From: Opitutales bacterium
GTDB taxonomy: Bacteria; Verrucomicrobiota; Verrucomicrobiia; Opitutales; UBA953
DNA length: 12,449 nucleotides
Direction of reading: 5' to 3'
Assembly (NCBI GenBank): GCA_040398005.1
Contig: JBBAUX010000004.1
Coordinates: forward strand, 131,026-143,474
The notes below the pieces were generated by a model. It did not search any database. It was not told where the DNA came from and worked only from the letters and a program-made list of their open reading frames with translations. A program made the position numbers and the translations under genes. Below are positions 1-6,544 of the stretch, one piece after another (the stretch's first letter is position 1; each line of letters begins with the position of its first letter).

Positions 1-3000
1 AACTTCTGGAATGGTGCAAGTGGAGTATGGTCGAGTTCTTCAACCAATTGGGCGACAGCAACAGCCGGTGGGGGCACTACTGGCCTAACTCAACAAACCT
101 CAGGTGCGTTGGTTTTCGATACCGCAAGTGCAGCTGTTACTGTTAATGGTACTGTCACTGTTAATGCTGGGCTAACTTTCGATGCTGATGGTGTAGTCAT
201 TTCACCTGGCACGGGCATCCCCTTAATGAATTTTAACGGGGCGAGTGCTGCTGCCAATGTAGTTACTGTTAATAGCACCTATACTTCTTCCATCGCCGTT
301 AAGCTTACTGGATCCGCTGGTCTCACGAAGTCGGGCAATGGTAAATTAGTTCTCTCGGGTGATAACTCAGGCTTAACCGGAGACGTCACACTTTCAGCAG
401 GCACATTGCGTGCATCAGCGGCCAACGCTCTTGGTGCAGGTACACTTTCGATTGGCGGTGGTACTTTAGAATTAGCGAGCAACAACGGCGTCTCCTTCAA
501 CCGTAACACCACCGTCTCAGCAGATGCTACGATTAAATCCGATCGCGCTGCCGCTGATAATGGTGCTGGAGCCACGCAAACTCTCGGCACTCTCTCGATG
601 GGTGGACAGACTTTAACCATCGATCGAGGTGGTAACGTAGGTTCAGGAACCACCGGAATTACTTTTGGTGCCGTTACTTTATCGGGCGCGCCTACCTTTA
701 CGGTTAATGCAAATTCAGTTTTAACTTTAGCATCCGTCTCTGGATCCGCTCAAAATATTACCATCAACGGCGCAGGCGATACCACGGTATCAGGTGCAAT
801 CGCAACCACGACGGGCTCCATCACTAAATCGGGCAATGGTACTTTAACACTTAACGGCACGAATACTTTCACCGGTGGACTCACCATTAACGCGGGTACC
901 GTTACACTTGGAAGCACCTCTGCATTAAATTCAACTGCGGGATCCGAAAACGCGGTCGTCTTTGGTTTGGGTTCAACGGGAACTTTAAGTCTCAACGGAA
1001 ATAATTCTACAATCGCTGGGTTAAATACTAATAATGCGACCCCTGGAACGACCTTCGTTAAAAATGGAAGTGCCTCCACCAATGCCACGCTGACTATTGG
1101 TAATAGTACGAATGCCAGTACTTACTCGGGGACAATCCAAGATGGAGATACGCGCACACTTGCTCTTAACAAAGCGGGTGCGGGTACGTTAACATTATCA
1201 GGTGCCAATACTTATACGGGTGGTACGAACATTAATGAGGGTAAGATTATACTCAGTGGTGGATCGCTCGCTGCAGGTACGGTTTCGATTGCGAGTGGTG
1301 CTACGTTAGCGACGAGTGGTGTTGCTTCTGTCGGAAGTCTCTCACTCGTGAACGGTGCGAACTTAGATTTAACTTCGGCCGGATTAAGTTTAACCGGTGC
1401 GCTCACTGCATCAGGTGGAAATTTAAGTTACACCCTCGGAAATACTTTAGCGGTTACGGGTGCGCTCACACTTTCTGGTACCGTTAATATTAGTTTAGCC
1501 GGTACCTTCGTAGATAAGACGAGATATACTCTTCTGACCTTTAGTTCCAGTGATGCTTCAAATTTAAATGTTACAACCACACGCTTGGGCTGGACCATTA
1601 CTCCAGTAATTACGGGCACAAGCTATTCCGTCGATATTGCCATCGCTTCATCGAGTCTGAATTGGAATTTATCGGGTGACGGCACTTGGGATGCGACCAC
1701 GGCAGCTAATTGGTACAATAGTAAAAATTTCAGCACCCAGGCTTTTACCGATGGTGATAATGTCACCTTCGATAAATCCACTGGCGGTATTATTGATATT
1801 ACTAGCACGGTTACTCCTGGTAGTGTCACCGTAAACTCGTCGGGTGAATATACTTTCCGGACGGGTAGTATTGCTGGCGATGGCGGTATTACAAAATCCG
1901 GTAGCGGAAAATTAACTTTATCTGCCGCTAACACATTCACCGGTGAAGTTGTTGTGAATGCCGGAACTCTTGCCGTCACTAACGCTAGCGCGCTAGGCGC
2001 TACGAGCACTGGCACGAGAATTATTTCGGGAGCAACTTTCGATATTTCGGGCAACCTCATACTCGTGGCCGAACCGCTTACGCTCGCTGGTGCAGGTGTA
2101 GCGGGCGTGGGTGCGCTCACGAGCTCGAGTGGTGCGAACACGATTTCAGGTCCGATCACTTTAAGTGCCAGCGCTTTAATTACTTCTCAAGGTACGACTG
2201 GTCTCGATATTTTAACTTTATCGGGCGCGCTTTCTGGATCCAACTCCACACTCTCGATTGGCGGAACTGCCGATACCACGATCAGCGGAAATATTATTGG
2301 TTCTGGTTTAGCTCTGAATAAAGTCGGTGACGGCGTCTTAACCCTCTCTGGCACGAGCAACGCTTACACAGGCGGCACTACCATCTCGGGCGGTAAACTC
2401 ATCGCCGCGACCACAAATCTTACTGGAAATATTACCGCGAATGCCATTCTCGAACTCAATCAGTCAACCGACGGAAGTTATGCCGGAATTATTTCTGGTA
2501 CGGGCGAACTGATTAAAGAGGGCGCAGGGTCGCTTACTTTGAGTGGTGCTAATACCGTCAGCACAATCACTTTAAATACAGGCACGCTCGTCCTTGCTTC
2601 ATCCACCGCTTTACCTTTAACCGGTTCAGCAAATGTCACGATTGCGTCTCTGTTGACTCTTTTAACGTCGGGTACTTACGGTGCCTCGACTTATACTTTA
2701 AACCTCACGCCTACGAGTGCAGCTTCGATTGCTCTTAATATCGGAAGTGGCACGGCTGTTACTCTTGCGAGCAATGTTGCGATTAAATCGGAATCACAAA
2801 TCGCGGTACCTGGAGCCAATGGTGTTCTAACGCTGAGCGGCCTCTTAAATGGCAATGGGAAATTAGTTAAAACCGATTTAGGAAAACTTATTATTTCGGG
2901 CACGAGTAATGGGATGACAGGTAGTACCGAAATTCGGAATGGTATTTTAACCATCAACGCTGGATCTACTTTCGGTACCGGTTCATTGACGATGAATGCG

Positions 3001-5886
3001 CTGGGTGGCCTAGCGACCTTGGAGCTCAATGAGTCAGCCACCCTATCTTCACTCATCAGCGGCGTTTCAACTGAGGCGAATAACATCATCTCCATTGCGA
3101 CTGGAAAAACTTTAACGATTAACGAAAGTTCAATCAGAACATTCGGAACCACGGTGGGCTCCAACACCTTTACCATTAAGGGTCTGGGTGGATTAACGAT
3201 GTCGGGCTCAGGCGAATTAATTCTCGATAGCACGAATAGTTATACCGGATTAACCTCGGTCACTTCGGGTACGCTCACTGCTAATACTTCCGCAGCGATT
3301 TCTTCCAGTGCCTCGGTCAGTTCAGGTGCGATTTTAAATCTTAAAGATAATCAAAACCTCACGAGTTTAGCGGGATCGGGCGAAGTTCGTATCGCTGACG
3401 GAAAAACTTTCACTCTTAATAATAGTAGCAACCAGAGTTTCAGTGGAACCTTCACGGCCGCTGGAGCTTCCAGTTTTACTAAGTCAGGCTCAGGTACACT
3501 GACTTTATCAGGGACTAATAATAATCTTACGCGGGATGTAGCTGTGAGTGCTGGTACTGTTAAGGTCACCAATAATAACGCTCTCGGTTCTGGCACCGTA
3601 ACAATATCTTCCGGTAATGTTTATGCGGCTCCAGGAAATATAATTTCTAATAATATCACTATTGGAAATGTGGAAACTAGTGGAGTGACGGCTACGGCTG
3701 CTATCCAGACTTGGAATTTCAATGGTCAAACGGGTACTAATGTTACTCAGACTGCTAATACGGTAGCCACGGGTTTCGATACGGGAACCGTCGGATCGGT
3801 TACTTATAATACTTTAACCCGTGGCACCGGTGCGACTGTCAGTGCTGGTGGTAATTCTTTCCGTACCGTTGGATTCCAAAACAACGGCATCGCTACATCC
3901 AATACCGATTATTTCCAGTGGATTGTTTCTTCGTCCTCACAGAATTTAAATCTAAATTCTATCACCGCACGTTATAACGGAACTACGACATACTTTGTTT
4001 CGCCAGGCGTATCTACGCAGTATGCCTACAGCTTAGATGGAACTAACTTCACGTTGATTGGGTCCGCCGTTGTTGTCACGGTGAAGGACACGCTCACAAC
4101 ATACGATTTAAGTACAGTTACTGCGCTGCAAAATCTGTCAGCAGGCACCGATGTTTATTTCCGTTTTTATTCTAGTGGTCAAACGACCACGGGTGGTTGG
4201 GGTTATTCATCTGCTAACGCTACGGCGGATGGGTTAACTATGATTGGATCACTCAATACTTTCACGCCTGCTGCTGGTTCTGGCGCCCTCGGTATCGATG
4301 AAGCAGGCACCGCCACTTTCACCGGTAATGTCGTCGTCAACAACACCGCCGAGCTAACCGCGGCGACGGGTGGGACGGCGATTTTCAACACCGGTGTTAT
4401 CAGCGGACTCGGTTCACTGACCAAAACAGGAAACGGTACTGTCGAACTTCAAGGTGCTAATACTTTTACCGGATCACTCACACTTTCTGCGGGTAACCTC
4501 AAAGTCTCCACGCTCGGTGCAGGTGGCACGGCTTCGCCTTTAGGTGCTGCAGCGGACGTTCCTGGCAGTATCATCTTCAAGGGAGGTAAGCTCGAATACG
4601 CTGGCTCGGGTGAGACTTTAACCCGCGATTTTACTGTAGGAAACGGGGGTGCAGGCTTTATCTCATCGGGCTCCGGCGCACTCAATATCGGACAAGCTGC
4701 GCAGATGGATTTTGAAAGTGGCACGGCTTCGAATCGAACCTTAACGCTCGGTGGTACGAGTGAAATGGGGGTCGAAAATATTTTCAATCCGAAGAAATTT
4801 GATACCAATGATATCAATAATCTCTTCACCAAACTCGTGAAGCAGGATACTAATAAGTGGATTGTGCAAGGTGCGGGTGCTGGCTTTGTCGATGACGCGG
4901 CTCTGGAAATGGATATCAATGGTGGTGAACTTGTTTTCGCGATGGGCTCACTTGGATCCAAATCAAAAATCAACGTCGGTTCTGCGACACTAGGTTGGTA
5001 TGGTACACATACCGACGATATCTCGAGTCGCATCTCTTTAAATAATTCTGCCGCTGCTGCCTTCAATGTTCCTTCGGGAACCGTGACTCTCAATAGCGCG
5101 TTCAACGGTGGGGCCGTGACTACGGCGAGCCTTACGAAATTAGGAAATGGCACCTTGCAATTAGGTGCCGCCAATAATTTTAGCGGCGGATTTAATATTT
5201 CAGCGGGAACTGTAAAGGCCACCGCTGCAGGTGCTGTTGGTTCGGGCACCGTTACGATTTCGCGTAATGCGACCTTCGTCGTAAACGCCATTTTAGCGAA
5301 TAGAATCAATGTTTCTTCAGGGGGCACGTTGGCGGGTAATGGTCAAGGTACCAATGACGTTGATGGAACGACCATCGAAGAGGATGGTATTCTTTCACCG
5401 AATGCGGACAGCCTTGGCACACTTTCTTTCAACAAGCTCGCGCTCAATGGTGGAGCGCATGTGAAGTGGCAATTGCGCGATGCCACCGGCGCGGCAGGTG
5501 CGGGTTACGATACCTTAGTTGTTTCGGTGCTTAATTTAAATAACGCCATTTCGACCAAGAAGAAAATCACTGTCGATGTGACGAGCACCGGTTCGTTCCT
5601 GAATTTTGATAAGTCTAAGACGAATCAATTTAAATTCGCTACGTTAGCCACGGCTTTGACTAATGGTATCAATGTCACGGATTTATTCTCGATTGATGCG
5701 TCGCAATTCGAAATCGCCAATAATTTAATCAACGATCACTTAGTGTGGTCGATGCAGCTCTCCGCGGATCGCGATGTGATGTATGTCACGACGATGATTC
5801 CGGAGCCCTCGACTTACGGTTTAAGTTTAAGTGCGCTCGCGCTCGCGGTGGTGGCGATACGTCGTCGGAAGAAAAAGAAAGTTTAA
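1..5886 (+). CDS. Giant PATR (autotransporter-associated beta-strand repeat) surface protein with C-terminal PEP-CTERM signal; 5'-truncated by the window edge
   Basis: Frame +1 is open from base 1 (NFWNGASGVWSSSSTNWATATAGGG...) to TAA at 5884-5886. Residues upstream of 109 align with the interior of gene 2 (NYWVGGSNSWSSSSTSFATSSGG at 7232), so 109 is not the true start. There are about 12 motifs like xKxGxGTLTLSGxNTYTG (near 325, 823, 1168, 1891, 2317, 2512, 2866, 3196, 3478, 4420, 4837 degenerate, 5134). The C-terminus is IPEPSTYGLSLSALALAVVAIRRRKKKKV. Family assignment is by motif recognition, not an HMM search. Confidence 0.95.
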   Translation, partial: NFWNGASGVWSSSSTNWATATAGGGTTGLTQQTSGALVFDTASAAVTVNGTVTVNAGLTFDADGVVISPGTGIPLMNFNGASAAANVVTVNSTYTSSIAVKLTGSAGLTKSGNGKLVLSGDNSGLTGDVTLSAGTLRASAANALGAGTLSIGGGTLELASNNGVSFNRNTTVSADATIKSDRAAADNGAGATQTLGTLSMGGQTLTIDRGGNVGSGTTGITFGAVTLSGAPTFTVNANSVLTLASVSGSAQNITINGAGDTTVSGAIATTTGSITKSGNGTLTLNGTNTFTGGLTINAGTVTLGSTSALNSTAGSENAVVFGLGSTGTLSLNGNNSTIAGLNTNNATPGTTFVKNGSASTNATLTIGNSTNASTYSGTIQDGDTRTLALNKAGAGTLTLSGANTYTGGTNINEGKIILSGGSLAAGTVSIASGATLATSGVASVGSLSLVNGANLDLTSAGLSLTGALTASGGNLSYTLGNTLAVTGALTLSGTVNISLAGTFVDKTRYTLLTFSSSDASNLNVTTTRLGWTITPVITGTSYSVDIAIASSSLNWNLSGDGTWDATTAANWYNSKNFSTQAFTDGDNVTFDKSTGGIIDITSTVTPGSVTVNSSGEYTFRTGSIAGDGGITKSGSGKLTLSAANTFTGEVVVNAGTLAVTNASALGATSTGTRIISGATFDISGNLILVAEPLTLAGAGVAGVGALTSSSGANTISGPITLSASALITSQGTTGLDILTLSGALSGSNSTLSIGGTADTTISGNIIGSGLALNKVGDGVLTLSGTSNAYTGGTTISGGKLIAATTNLTGNITANAILELNQSTDGSYAGIISGTGELIKEGAGSLTLSGANTVSTITLNTGTLVLASSTALPLTGSANVTIASLLTLLTSGTYGASTYTLNLTPTSAASIALNIGSGTAVTLASNVAIKSESQIAVPGANGVLTLSGLLNGNGKLVKTDLGKLIISGTSNGMTGSTEIRNGILTINAGSTFGTGSLTMNALGGLATLELNESATLSSLISGVSTEANNIISIATGKTLTINESSIRTFGTTVGSNTFTIKGLGGLTMSGSGELILDSTNSYTGLTSVTSGTLTANTSAAISSSASVSSGAILNLKDNQNLTSLAGSGEVRIADGKTFTLNNSSNQSFSGTFTAAGASSFTKSGSGTLTLSGTNNNLTRDVAVSAGTVKVTNNNALGSGTVTISSGNVYAAPGNIISNNITIGNVETSGVTATAAIQTWNFNGQTGTNVTQTANTVATGFDTGTVGSVTYNTLTRGTGATVSAGGNSFRTVGFQNNGIATSNTDYFQWIVSSSSQNLNLNSITARYNGTTTYFVSPGVSTQYAYSLDGTNFTLIGSAVVVTVKDTLTTYDLSTVTALQNLSAGTDVYFRFYSSGQTTTGGWGYSSANATADGLTMIGSLNTFTPAAGSGALGIDEAGTATFTGNVVVNNTAELTAATGGTAIFNTGVISGLGSLTKTGNGTVELQGANTFTGSLTLSAGNLKVSTLGAGGTASPLGAAADVPGSIIFKGGKLEYAGSGETLTRDFTVGNGGAGFISSGSGALNIGQAAQMDFESGTASNRTLTLGGTSEMGVENIFNPKKFDTNDINNLFTKLVKQDTNKWIVQGAGAGFVDDAALEMDINGGELVFAMGSLGSKSKINVGSATLGWYGTHTDDISSRISLNNSAAAAFNVPSGTVTLNSAFNGGAVTTASLTKLGNGTLQLGAANNFSGGFNISAGTVKATAAGAVGSGTVTISRNATFVVNAILANRINVSSGGTLAGNGQGTNDVDGTTIEEDGILSPNADSLGTLSFNKLALNGGAHVKWQLRDATGAAGAGYDTLVVSVLNLNNAISTKKKITVDVTSTGSFLNFDKSKTNQFKFATLATALTNGINVTDLFSIDASQFEIANNLINDHLVWSMQLSADRDVMYVTTMIPEPSTYGLSLSALALAVVAIRRRKKKKV
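3667..4275 (+). other. Inserted ~200-aa non-repeat globular domain in gene 1 (predicted beta-sandwich, possibly lectin-like)
   Basis: Aromatic-rich segment (IQTWNFNG...NSFRTVGFQNNGIATSNTDYFQW...YAYSLDGTNF...VYFRFYSSGQTTTGGWGY) that interrupts the beta-helix repeats and is clearly homologous to 10778-11392 in gene 2. The fold is inferred. Confidence 0.65.
5797..5883 (+). other. PEP-CTERM (exosortase) protein-sorting signal of gene 1
   Basis: Tripartite signal directly before the stop codon: IPEPSTY motif, hydrophobic helix GLSLSALALAVVAI and basic tail RRRKKKKV. Confidence 0.95.
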
Positions 5887-5923
5887 TTTTTTCCTTAAAC
5901 GATTCGTGCACAGCTTTAATTTA

Positions 5924-5948
5924 TTTGTATCCATTATTCGGATACAAA
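5924..5948. repeat. Inverted repeat TTTGTATCC-N7-GGATACAAA shortly after the gene 1 stop (possible atypical terminator or protein-binding site)
   Basis: Perfect 9-bp arms at 5924-5932 and 5940-5948 with loop ATTATTC. No U-tract follows the stem on either strand, so it is not a canonical intrinsic terminator. Confidence 0.55.
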
Positions 5949-6012
5949 AAAGGGCGCGTAGTTCAGGGATCGGCTCGTGGGGGACCATTGAGGGGATGGC
6001 AAGCCCAGGGAA

Positions 6013-6087
6013 CTAGGGTGTTTACCCTAGATGGGGACTAGGGTAAATACCCTATGTGACACGATGTCCTAGGGTATTTACCCTAGT
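6013..6087. promoter_or_regulatory. Cluster of three 18-bp palindromes (CTAGGGT-N4-ACCCTAG type); putative operator array
   Basis: 6013-6030 CTAGGGTGTTTACCCTAG; 6038-6055 CTAGGGTAAATACCCTAT; 6069-6086 CTAGGGTATTTACCCTAG. The repeats are seen directly; the regulatory role is inferred. Confidence 0.6.
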
Positions 6088-6418
6088 AGCGGCACCGGTC
6101 CGTTACCTTCTACCTATTTTTAAACAAAACCCCGTTTGGCTAGAAGCTTTAGGATGGGGGATCTGAGGGTGGGGGTGCGGAGAAAAATTCGGGAATTATT
6201 TTGGGGAAAATAGGGCTAATGTTTCAACCAGGTGACAAGTGCCGATGTGAATAATTTTTTTAGATTAAATTTAGGATTTGGCACGCGGGGGGAGTCGATT
6301 TTTTTACACGTTTTTTAGGCACAAATCTGTCACTCAATTGTGCAGGCATAAAGTGTTTTAGGGCTTTGCATTGGGCTCAGAGTCGTCAATTTGAATTTAT
6401 CATTTTTATCTACATCTT

Positions 6419-6544
6419 ATGAAAACCACCGCAATTACTCGTGCAAAGAAAAACAATATCGCGTTCCAGAATTTCCTGCGCAACGCCGCCGCGATCACGC
6501 TCTTCGCCACTGCCGCTGCATCCCAAGTGCAAACCGCGAAAGCA
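6419..6544 (+). other. Predicted extended Sec signal peptide of gene 2 (about 42 aa)
   Basis: Long basic n-region (MKTTAITRAKKNNIAFQNFLRN), Ala-rich h-region (AAAITLFATAAAS) and c-region QVQT-AKA with an A-X-A cleavage motif. The exact cleavage site is uncertain. Confidence 0.7.

Noticed and set aside
109..111. TTG start for gene 1 proposed by the ORF track
   Set aside because: The frame is open to base 1, the upstream codons align with gene 2 residues from about 272 onward, and no signal peptide follows 109.
5330..5886. Classical type Va autotransporter call for gene 1
   Set aside because: There is no ~280-aa C-terminal beta-barrel or terminal aromatic residue. The protein ends in PEP-CTERM.
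5745..6041. Short + strand ORFs 5745-6041 and 5831-6016 (also 11637-11864)
   Set aside because: They are out-of-frame overlaps with well-supported CDSs, run into palindromic intergenic DNA or have atypical composition, and show no recognisable motifs.
6013..6086. Mini-CRISPR array interpretation of the three palindromes
   Set aside because: The repeats are only 18 bp, the spacers are 7 and 13 bp and unequal, and there are no cas genes in the window.
6278..6293. Sigma-54 promoter (TTGGCACG matches the -24 element)
   Set aside because: The -12 element is missing: GG-N10 is followed by GA within a G-run instead of TTGC. Nearby GGCAC/GGCAT motifs also lack the GC. It cannot be called without TSS data.
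6255..6316. Homopolymer tracts (T6-T7, G6) as slipped-strand phase-variation switches
   Set aside because: The tracts are short and unremarkable in AT-rich intergenic DNA, and no defined promoter spans them.
6366..6396. Sigma-70 promoter with -35 TTGCAT
   Set aside because: There is no convincing -10 hexamer at 16-18 bp spacing.
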